64,000 nt of DNA from Cycas panzhihuaensis (lineage: Eukaryota; Plantae; Cycadophyta), in NCBI GenBank assembly GCA_023213395.1, contig CM041465.1, positions 107,453,741 through 107,517,740 of the forward strand, in the 5' to 3' direction. Made by a program: the position numbers and the translations under genes. Shown here piece by piece: positions 52,512 through 64,000 of this stretch. How positions within the stretch are numbered: the stretch's first letter is position 1; the number at the start of each line of letters is the position of its first letter. Below the pieces are notes generated by a model that was not told the origin of the DNA, ran no database searches, and saw only the letters and a program-made list of their open reading frames with translations.

Positions 52512-55500
52512 TTAATTAATAATTATAATTAATTAGTGTGTAATATTATTTTGTTTCCACGCATAAATTTGTTGATGTATCGTTTCTTTCAAAGCAATAA
52601 AACATTCAGCTATCACCAGCGCTCAAGGAAAGCAGAGCAAGGGAAATAGGCTGATATTTTCCTTCAACCGTTCGACAACTGTATGAGTTTTCATATTTTT
52701 GGTGCTTTGTATATTTTAACTTTTATTATGTTGTAAATAAATTTTAACCCCTTCTCAATAGACTCATTAAGAACGCTATGCAATGTGAACAGTAATGGGG
52801 ATGGGAGACTAGTACTCTTGTGCGTCTATCCGTTTCTCTTGCAGAAGACCTCTATGAGCTAAACGAGTGCGTAGTGGGTCTAGGAGAATTAGTCAAATAC
52901 CAGTTATCCAAACCCAAACAAAGAAGGTGACCCTACTTTAATTAAAGAAAGGATTCTTAATGTGAAATTGAAGATACTTATGCAAAACAAAGTAATAAAA
53001 TACATCTTATATATAGACAATAATAAAATTGGGTTACACGTTCATAGTAGTGGTCTTGCACTACCATTGATCACGATCTTAATTGTGCTATGTGGAAGAA
53101 AATTGCATGTCACAATATTTTAAGGTCAATCCATTGAAGAAACCTATATGAGACGAGTTCTAAGATATTAGACATCATTTCCAACACACATAGAAAAGAA
53201 AGGAACAAAGTTTTTACTAGACTATTTGATAATGATGTTGACTTCAAATATTAATATATAAGAGGTATTTCAATATAGAATGTACTTATCTCAAGAATTT
53301 TAGCTTATAATATGTTTGTTTCAAAATGAGTATAAGAATCCTTGATCATGAAATGCATTAATTTGTGACACTTTAAGCAAAATTAGGCAAGGCAATATAA
53401 ATTTATATGATTATTTAATTTTATAGAATACTGTAATAATCTCTTCAAATACAATATATAAGCAATTTGTATTGTAAGGCCTAACATCTTCTTTGTTTCA
53501 AAAATAATGTTATAGGTAGCTATATATATGTAATTTGTGGTGTAACCTATTTGGGCTGGATTAATGTGACATTTTATTTCATAATCAAAACCTTCATGAG
53601 TCTTTTTTAATTGCATTTTTATACATGTCATCAATATCAAAGAATTTGCATGCATGTTAAATATAAATATATTTGAAGTTGCAATAAAACTATAACCATT
53701 AAGTTGTGCTTGTTCTCACTAGGGGTATTTGATATGATTTTCATTAATAATATTCTAACCTTTAATCCAAAGGTGGCACATGCATAAAGTAAAGCCATTC
53801 AATATTAATCATGTTCATTTTTGGAAGGATAGATCATGTGAATCTAAATTTATGCCTAAATAATTAATTCATAGTTATTTTTTGCCTAATGTCTAATCAT
53901 TCTATCACATGCTTATGTAGCCTCTACCATGATTTTCCTATTACATAGCATTTAATACTCAAAATTTTCCTTAACCAAAAGCTATAGTGTACCCTCCACC
54001 ATTCCTCTTATATTACAAAAACGAGAGCAAGGATAAAATGGAAATATAATATTCTTCTTAATTTGTATTGATTGCTTACATTTTAACAAGGTAACCATGG
54101 AGGCGCTTGAAAATCTAATATGAATTAATTTCTTAATAATGTAATAGTTTATTTGTACAAAACCTTTAATTTTTAAAATATCATCTTATTCTATAATACA
54201 ACAAATTCTCATCTATAAAACATTGTAATGTGACAAATATACTAATAATTTTTACATAATGTGTATAAAATTCTAGATGAGGATATTACTAGTGCTTCTA
54301 TATCAATCTAGGTAGCAAATGGTGAGTAGATTTAGTGACATATATTTATTTGTAATTTTTGATAAGCTTAAATGTGTGTGACCCTTAAGAGGGGTAAGTA
54401 TTCATAGATAGGAACAAGTACTAGTCTAAAAATATTAAAAAAAAGAAAATCAAAAGATAAAAAAATAAAAATATATATCAAAAGCTTTCTTTTTCTAATA
54501 GATATTTTATATAGGTAGAAAGATATAGGTCATGCCAATATAATCAACTTCACTCACCTTGTTTGATTTTCTTTCTATTACAACCATCTTTATCCATGTC
54601 TAAATAACTTAACCAACATCTTAGGTAGTCCAAGTTCTTAGATAACTTAGTATTAGCAAGGTTAGCAATATTTACTATCCTACTTCAATCCATCCGCAGA
54701 GCTTATATTGACAAAGGAAAAAATATTTCAATCAACTATGTTTTTCTCTTAACATCAACTAGGTTTATTGCCCTTTTTATTTGTTGTTGGACTTTGACTA
54801 TTTGATTACATGGTAATCTAAGAATTGCTTGGCATCATAACTACTTGAATTCATGATGATTGTGCCTGTTCTTGACTTATACAACCAATGATGTAAAGAT
54901 CATAAAAGTGTTTATTAAATTAAGGCTTACTTAAAGTGCTCCCAATTATCCTATCTTGCTTATTCGGTTGATGGCTTGATGACATATTTTTCCCTTCAAT
55001 AGCCTCTTTGATGACTTGATTAACCTCTTATTGAATTGAATTATTCCCCTTTGACAACTTTGCTATTTGAAAATTCTAAAATTTTATTAAAAAATCTTTA
55101 TTTTTTATCATTTTGCTTGATCACATTTTCTATTATAACCAAAATTACAATTGTGTTTTTCACTTTGGCCCAAAGCTATAATCTTCTTAATAAAATGTGA
55201 CCTTCATATAACTAAAAATACAATTGTCACCTTGATCATGTTTATAGTATATTTTTAATCATGTTTTTGTTTTATTGATCACATTTTTCATCCTTCATTG
55301 TAATTTTCACCTTTTTGGCTACAAAAAAATTTTATCAATGGAATGTCATGGTTTTCATCATAAGGATTTCAATATGCCAGTGGTAATAACTCTCTCTCCT
55401 CCAAAATTTGCCTTTAGTTTTCCTATAATATTTAGTTTATAAATAGATCACTACCCCATTATATTAAAAAAATGAAAGAATTGGCAAGGGAGAAGGAGCT

Positions 55501-56549
55501 AGCAACTTAGAAGCCAAAAGAACTTAGGAATCTTGTATAGAGATTTAGAGTTAGGCTCTACAGGTTTATATTCTTGAAGCCAAGCTTTGAGAAGACTTAA
55601 GGAAGGAGGTTGAGAGAGCTTTAGAAACTAGGCTAGAATTTAAAGGTTCCTAAGTGGCAAAAGCTCTTCTCTTTGGTTAAAGATCATTTATCCATTTTCA
55701 AAATTTGAGAAGTTTTTAAAGAGTTGGAGAAGAATCAAATTTTCCTTTATTCCACCCTTCTTCTTCTTAAATTCCTTCACTTTCTTATTCTCTTCTCTCT
55801 CTTCTTAATTTTATGTATTCTCTTCTCTTCTTTCGTTCCCTTCTTATCTTCAATTGGCTTGTAAGGTAGGTTTGGGAGCATGTTATAAGCAAAGGACACT
55901 GATTTGAGGCAAGCTTCATACTTCTTTTCAACTTCTAGGTAAGTTTAATTGATTATGAATTTCTTTTATTTCTTTAATTAAAAAAAAAATTGAGAGCCTT
56001 TTTAGTTTGTTCATTAGATTCCTAATCATCATGCTAGCAAAATATCTCTCTTTTTGTCTTTGTTAGAGCTTCAAGTTGGCTCATCACCTAAAAGCCCTTA
56101 TGATAGACTTTACTAAGTTAGTTCTCTCATCACTTAACTTAATTGTAATTTAAATTTATTAATAGACAATTCAAGTTCTTTATTTTTTGTAAAAGTAAAG
56201 GAAAACATTATCTAGTATAAGTACAATGCAAAAACCTTTTATTTTCTCTAGGTATATTTTATTTTCCTTAAAAAGAAGCAAAACTGATAGAAGATCATTT
56301 ATTTTACATTAAGAGGTGCATCCATATTATGTAGTTTTATTTTAAATTTCTCTTTTGACTGCTTATTCTCATGCAATCATAAAATTTCACATTAGTCTTA
56401 CATCTAAGTTTGCTTACTCTATGGACCCCTTAAGCTAGGCCTATTCTTATTAGCCAAGACTTATTTGATTAACTGGGATGTCATATCCCTAGTGTATCAA
56501 CCTCATTCTTCTTTTAAGAACAAATAGATCTCATAGTAAAGGATTATTT

Positions 56550-57130
56550 TATTGACTATACCCTAACATCCCCAACATACTAACTCTCCATTCTTTAAGA
56601 GTCTTTATATTCTAGTCATATTCTAAATGCCGAAAGTGTTAGCTTGCCACCACATCTTCAATTAAGAGTGGTTTCTTCTTTCTCCATTTCACCTCTAAGT
56701 ATGAGAATACTTTAGAGTTAGATGCTAAGATCCCTAGGTCGTCTATCCTCATAGGTGGATCATCATTAGATGGGCGAGTCCCTAGTGACTAACACCTAAT
56801 AGGGTTGTTAATATAGGGTCCAAGATCTTCTAGATCCTTATACTCATTAGTCCTCCCTTGCTTTAGCATAAAATGATATAGTGTTTATCCTTGTGGGTGG
56901 GGTAGAGTTCTAGGATAGGATCCCTTCCCTGAAAGCAAACCTTAAAGAGGGTAGAAGAGCAGGACATTTATTTATAGATAAGTTTCCCTCAATGTGTCAC
57001 TTGTCTATCAATATACTGTTTGCTTTTCTCCTCGATAGAAAAGGGATCTTATTATCTTAGCTAATTATATTTTCTTTTGCTTAGCCTAGGATTTTCTTTA
57101 ATACTTTACTTTTCTTTTAAGTTTTTCATT
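56550..57130 (-). repeat. Diverged inverted member of the repeat family at 20850-21450 / 46150-46750
   Basis: Reverse complement reads gatgatccacctatgaggatag...catacttagaggtgaaatggagaaagaagaaaccactcttaa. Confidence 0.6.
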
Positions 57131-57495
57131 TTAATATAAAAAGTTAAGCAATCATAATAACATCATAATATTCACTCAAAATACCTACAAAAATATCCCA
57201 TTTTACCCAAAAAGGCTTAAAGATTTCTATTGAACCTAATCACTTAACTCTTACCTTGAGTCAACTTAATATTTTAAGTCCAAACCTAAGAATCATAGCA
57301 TTAATTATCTTTATATATTAATAGTATTTACATAGATTTGTTAAAGGAAAACACCCACAATTTCCTCCTCGTTAAACTATATGGGTGTATCTCAGTTATT
57401 TGCTCTTAAGATTATAGAGGGTGACTCATGGAATATGTAGTATATATAATTATGTTCATGGTGACTATGATTAATATGCAAGTTTGGTCCATGGA

Positions 57496-58120
<625 letters not shown>

Positions 58121-58265
58121 GATGTAGAATGAATGTTCATATACAGATCGTTATGGCTTGACAAATTTACTACTATATGGGTAGGTAATTATGAACTATC
58201 ATATATAGATCGAATTATAGTGTACGGAGGCTTGCCACAAAGATGGAGTAGATGAAGATATTTCA

Positions 58266-58290
58266 CTTTGATACCACTTATTATGAACCT
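58266..58290 (-). mobile_element. PBS-like site and decayed LTR boundary
   Basis: ctttgatacca at 58266-58276 (minus strand TGGTATCAAAG) followed by tattatgaaccta, a string that recurs at ~60494. Confidence 0.35.
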
Positions 58291-60496
58291 AAGTTTATGA
58301 CTTAAGGATAATCTCCAAGTCTAAGAGAACACATGAGTACATAGGTATGCTGAATAAATTAATAGTCAAAAGAATGATATATTTAATTAATAGAAAAAGA
58401 ATGATATTAAATGTTTACAATGGTTATATATTTATATACATAATATAATGTCTTTTGGAAAATGGGCACAACCATTTAAAAGCACCTTTTGATAATAGAA
58501 TTAATTAATTAGGATCATAATAAAGTGTCACCCAATAAGGGTTTCAAGAAGATCCCTATTGTCACATAATAGTAAGGGAGGTAATTTCACATATGAGCAT
58601 AGGGATTTATATATGACTAGTTAGATCTTGCCCCAACTCTGCACTAAATTTGGGAAGCTTGGTAATAAAAGGTAGTAAAGGATGTAAAAGGACCTCTTAG
58701 GGAAAGCAATTCCTCTTATAATTGATGTATGTCCTCCTAGTGATGAGGGAGGATGATGGCTATGTATAATATTAGGATGGGAAAACCAATCCATATGTAG
58801 GATAACCTAGGTATGGAGGGATTTATGGTTATAGTGTGGTTGAATCTACCCAAGGAAATTGGGTTTTAAGAGTAGAAGTAGAAGGGATAATTCTAAAAGA
58901 CCCCTTATATAGAGGGTAACTAGTATATGGATGAGAGGGTAATTATAACTAATTTATGCTTAACTAGGATGTGTGAGGTCCTACATGGGGAGCTTGAGAA
59001 GAATGGACAGTAAGCTATAAAGAAACCTAAGGCATTACCTCTAATAGGGGGCACCCACTCATGCCTAGGTAAGACATGGAGGGCAAATTATAAGGTCATC
59101 TAAGTTGTAGACCAACTCCCCAAGCTAGTTAGGGAATATAAGTGGTAATAAATTATCATAGAAGGGGCACATCACTAGTAGAAGGAGGTTGTATCCATAA
59201 TGATGTAGGATGCATAAGGTTAGTGAGGATAGATCCCACTTAGATGAGTTGAGTAAGCATAGTAGTTAAGGCATGAGATGATGAACATAGAGGAATATAT
59301 TCATGTAACTAGGTAATATACTATCTTCATAGTGGAATAAAGGAGATATGCCCCTTAGAAGGGTCTACAATGGTATAACAAGAGATGAAAAATAGAGTAG
59401 AGGAATAGATTAAAAGAATATGGGTGAGACTAACTAAGTTGGAACCTAGAAGTGAGGTGGACAACTTATGAAATAGGCCATGAGTAAGGGAGAAAAAAAT
59501 AATAATAAATTAGAGGTTCTAAGAATGGGACCATGATTAGACAAGTGGGGCCCTAAAGCAAAGTAGAAGCTTTAGGATCAAAGATATGAGTAGTAGACAT
59601 GGGCATGATAAGCTGAGAGGTTAGAGGAATGAACTAAGTAGGGGGCATGCACTAAGAGGAGGAGGTTGTATCCTTATAGGGAGGTACACAAGAGCCCCCT
59701 ACATATGTGAGGTGACTCAAACTTAAGCATTTGAAAAATGGGTTATAAGAGGATTAAGCAATGCCTTGAGAATGGGAGGGCTTTGGGTCCTCATAACCTA
59801 AGCCCTACAGACTAGGGAACTCCCTAAAAGGGAGTTGCTTTGAGACTATATGAGTTATCTCTAATGGATGAAATTGCCCAACATTAGGATGGTTGAGTAT
59901 AATATAGGAATGGGGATACGATTGATATGCCAATCCTAAAATTAGTCTCTAGAAGGCTCACAGTGGTAATGACCTTAGATAAACATATAGAATCATGATC
60001 CTTTGAGTAAATTCCTTAAATCCATATGGAATGTCTACCCACAATAAATATTAGGAGTTTATTCCTATTCACTATTATGGATGGCAAGACAAGAAGTAGA
60101 GTTAAGGAGTAAGAGAGAAAGGATAGAAATAAGATAATAGACTCTAAACAAATAAGAAAAGATAAGAATACAATCATATAAAGAAGCATGTCTATCACCT
60201 CCTTAGTATGGTCACCAAAATGTTCATATGGCATTTAGGTGGTCTTGGGCGAACTAATACTCTCATAGAGAAAGGGTGTAGAAAGAGAGAAGGTGATAGA
60301 ATAGAACCCAAGATAGGTGATTCAAACTAAAATGCTAGATGGCTTGAAGAGATAAACTAATTAGAGAAGGTTTAGACTATAACTAAAAAGATTAGGAGGA
60401 GAAGAAAAAATAAGCAAGATACATGCAAGTGGTATGTGGATGCTTAGATGTGTCATGCCATTATGTGATCTTATAAACAAGATGCATCGTACCTAT

Positions 60497-60700
60497 TATG
60501 AACCTAGGTTCATAGGTTAAGAATGTATAAAAGTAATCTATAGGGGTTAAGAGGTGGTATAGGATTAATATATACCCTATCCTAAAATTAGACAAGAAAA
60601 CTATGAACCTGGGCTAAGATATTAAGAATGTATAAAAGTAATCTATAGGGTTCAAGAAGTTCTATGGAGCAATATATACCATAGCCTAAAATTAGACAAA
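60497..60700. repeat. Two diverged tandem copies of a ~105 bp unit
   Basis: tatgaacct...ttaagaatgtataaaagtaatctataggg...cctaaaattagacaa occurs at 60497 and 60602. Confidence 0.85.
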
Positions 60701-61094
60701 AGAGGATGTAATATATTAAATAAATAGGTACATAAAAGTTAATAAGTATCTGCACTTTTCTTGAGAGGAATAAATAATAAACAATAATTCTTAGTAGGTG
60801 AGAGATCTAGCAAGGCATAAGTGTCCCAAATGTTATTACTCCTAAATGGGACATAAATTCTAGTCCCCAAAAGGAAAAAAAAACCCTAAGTTATCCTAAT
60901 ATATTGAGAGGACTATCTTATAGTAACTAGGAAAGGGTGGCAGGACTAATGAGGAGTGATACATAAAGGAATAAGACCCTTAATTAATGACTTACTTATG
61001 CATTAATCAACAAGGATTCCCTCACATAGTAATAAGTTACCCATGAGTGTGGGAGGTCTAGAGATGTATGTGTTTGATTTTAGATTATCTTGAC

Positions 61095-61096
<2 letters not shown>

Positions 61097-61138
<42 letters not shown>
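61097..61138 (+). repeat. (GA)21 microsatellite
   Basis: Directly visible. Confidence 0.98.
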
Positions 61139-61143
<5 letters not shown>

Positions 61144-62848
61144 CTATCAATAAAAATAATGGTGATCTCTCAACTCTCCTAACCATACACAATCAAGGTA
61201 GTCATCCATCACCTCATTACTTAAAACATGATAAGAGTATTTATCTTTCTAAGAACATGAGCCTAGCCATTAGGGATTAGGTCTAGTCTCATTAGATGCC
61301 TCTAAGATTAAATGCAGACTATACTTAAAGGACTATAAGTATAGATAAAAACCTAATCATGTAATTAACATTCACTTTTGGTTAGATGCAAATAATAACC
61401 TATGTAAAAATGCCAAGAAATGACATAAAAAAATAATAAGCAATCTTGAATAAGCAAACATGTAATAGATACCACAAGTTAAAATATAACCAAGAGTTAA
61501 TAGGCCTCAAGTGCACTTATACTTAGCCTCCTCTAGTAAATCACATAAAGGAAATGAGATGATAAGGTAAGAAATGAAGGAGGTTTCCCTTTGTTTTCTT
61601 TTTACTTTTGGTTTTATACTTTTTGAGGGGTATTTCTAAGTATAAGATGCTCCCAAAGTATGCAACTACAACATACCAAAAATAAGAAAATGTTACACAA
61701 AGTGATGTTAGTTAAATACCCTTGTTGTATGAGATGATAAAATGAAAAATAATAAAGTAAAAGAAAGAAAAGAAACCTCTTTTTAATGCTAAAAAAAAAC
61801 TTGGTAAGTTATCAAAATGAGAAACTATGTGTAGAAACCAGATCCTAATAGTGAAAAGCAAATGACTAATATGATAAACAACTTATATAGAACATAACTA
61901 AAGAGGGGTTGGGAACCCTAAATTCAAGTTCAAAAGACTAAAAACTCTCCTTATAATATTAGCATATGAATGAAGAGGTGAGGTAAGGCATGTATAAACT
62001 AAGTAGGTAGAAGATGCAAAAGGGAGACTAACCCCAAACAATATCAAAACCAAGAAATAGATTCTTGATTCTAAGTTCAAAGACAAGTAAGAAAATAAAA
62101 TAGAAGTAAGCTTCAAACAACTATAAATGAAAGAGCTATAATGAGCAGGCAAAACCTTAAAGAACTATAAGCTAATAAGTAAGCAAGTTGATATTCAAAT
62201 ATGCATGAAAATTAGAAGGTGAAATACTCAAGCTACAACTACCAAATTGAGTGGCAAAAGTATAACAACATGGAATGCAAATGTAAAAATTTAATTACTA
62301 GAGAACCAAGATTGTAAGGTTAGTAAGAAAGCTATGATTCACTAGAAAAGGAGTGAAATCAATGAAAATTAAAACCAACCACAAAATATTGAAGAAAGAA
62401 ATAGCAAAACAATAAGAATGAATATGACCTAATGAAATCAAAGAGAAAACCTCAATACAAGCTGCAACAAGTAATGGAAAATACTTATGTATGATAGAAG
62501 TGCGAGATCTATGCAAGGGAACATTGAAATTATCCATGAAAATAAGGGATACAAGCACGTCAATAAAAGATTTAGTAGTGAGATCAAAGTAAAGAGCAAA
62601 TTGATCATAAAAGCTAGAAGAAAGGATAAGGATTTAGTAATAAAGAAGTCCCATTCAATGTTAGAGAAAAACTAATAGCAAAACCATGGCAAAAATTCCC
62701 TTCCATTAGCTAAACTTTTAATAAAATCTCATCCAAAGCATTAAAGATGAATGAAGAATCCCTAAAAGCATGTGATCTCCCACACAACTAGCTTGAGAGA
62801 GTAGTAAATACCATCTAAAAGTAGTAAATAACCTTTATAGAAAAGGAC

Positions 62849-62899
62849 AAATGTAGAAAAAAGAAGAGCTCCTCCAAAGCAAAAAGTGACTAAAGATCC
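62849..62899 (+). repeat. ~50 bp direct repeat with its partner at ~63953-64000, cut by the window end
   Basis: aaatgtagaaaaa(a/g)gaagagctcct(c)(c/t)aaagcaaaaagtgactaaaga occurs twice, 1104 bp apart. Confidence 0.85.
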
Positions 62900-64000
62900 A
62901 AGCCCAATGAGCATTTGGAATTAAATAGCCCACCTTAGATCATGGTTTTTTATGAGAAACCATTATTTTATAAGCCATAGTATTCTTGGCCATATTAGTT
63001 TTAGGAAAAAGCCAAATAAAAAATAAAAAAACTAGGAAAAAATTTGGTGTTTTCTTAATCAAGAAATGCAATATATAATATTGTAAAAATTGTATTTATA
63101 CTACAAAATTTGTATTAATACCACAAAATTTGTAATGATACTATAAAATTTGTTTTGTAGTGCAAAAAAACAAATGGCTCAGTGTTATAATTTTTGCAAT
63201 ATCAGTAGAAATTTTACAATACAATACCATAAAACTCTTAAAAAAGAAGAAGAAGAAGTTTCAGTGCTAAAACGATAGTCTAACAAACAATCATAGATAA
63301 ATAGTTACTCAAAGTGAAGGGGGTAAGAGAGAGCTAGTATCACAAGTGAGAAAAATACCTTTAGTCCCTAAATGGTACTATTTGTATTTGCAATCATAGG
63401 TACCCTAAAATTAACAGTTCAAAGCATAAGTTGACATCATACCAAAGGAATCACATCTCACAAAATGGATAAAAATAAAGAATAGTACCTTACTACTAAG
63501 GAAGTTAAAAATATAGAAATCATTATCTAAAATATCAAACCCTTACATCAATTCTCCTCCACCTTGAACAATTGAATGCTCAAAGTTATATCAACTAATT
63601 CTTAATTAATATAAAGATCCTTATTAGTCCTTCTTCTTCTAAACTACCTTTCTTTATTAGCAATTCTTTTTCCCATAAGGATTTCTCTCCTAAATCTTAA
63701 TGTCAATGATTGTAAAGTTTTTTAATTCCATGTAACATGGGATATCAACATGAATAATAAAAGTACCAAGGGAAATGGATAAATATAAAATAAGATTCAA
63801 ACTCACAGTCATTACTTGATTAGAGTTAATGTGTTGCTACAACTTGCTTTAATGTTAATTATACTTTGTTTGGTTCTAGCATCTCAATGAATTCCTCTTT
63901 TAATTTCTTGCAAATGAGCTCTTTAGTTTTAATATCTTGCTTTTGTGTGGATAAATGTAGAAAAAGGAAGAGCTCCTCTAAAGCAAAAAGTGACTAAAGA

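Larger units (their letters stand above)
29424..54720 (+). repeat. Tandem segmental duplication, unit 2 (~25.3 kb including the 6.7 kb gypsy insertion)
   Basis: Collinear with 10825-29411 apart from the insertion at 33759-40460. Confidence 0.97.

Noticed and set aside
58570-60450. Purine-rich segment whose minus strand looks Pro-rich, like 600-1990
   Set aside because: Probably a decayed gypsy gag leader, but I could not read a diagnostic motif or boundaries.

Overview
AT-rich, transposon-dominated land-plant nuclear DNA. The retroelement sequences look gymnosperm-like, but that is my inference. The only host gene is a type I (PMEI + PME) pectin methylesterase with one phase-1 intron. It is present twice because of an ~18.6 kb head-to-tail tandem duplication (unit 1 ~10825-29411, unit 2 ~29424-54720). 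Copy 2 (50574-52511) is intact at 585 aa. Copy 1 (25265-27203) has a 2-bp frameshift just after the LGRPW motif. Unit 2 alone carries a full-length 6.7 kb Ty3/gypsy element (33759-40455) with ~1.05 kb LTRs, an ATCTA target-site duplication (TSD), a tRNA-Met primer-binding site (PBS) and a polypurine tract (PPT); the empty site survives in unit 1. The rest is decayed Copia, gypsy and L1 sequence, a ~620 bp (TA)n tract and a (GA)21 tract. I found no new multi-gene system. The best leads are: (1) a ~6.6 kb near-identical tract centred on the gene inside an otherwise ~2-4% diverged duplication (gene conversion or assembly artefact); (2) a templated filler at the duplication junction; (3) a gene-less CpG-rich island at ~9.5-10.4 kb just outside the duplication; (4) a fossil Q/G/Y/N-rich prion-like segment in a Copia Gag; (5) the possibility that copy 1 supplies only a PMEI domain. 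Divergence figures are by-eye estimates. Frequent homopolymer indels suggest consensus errors, so all frameshifts need read-level confirmation.
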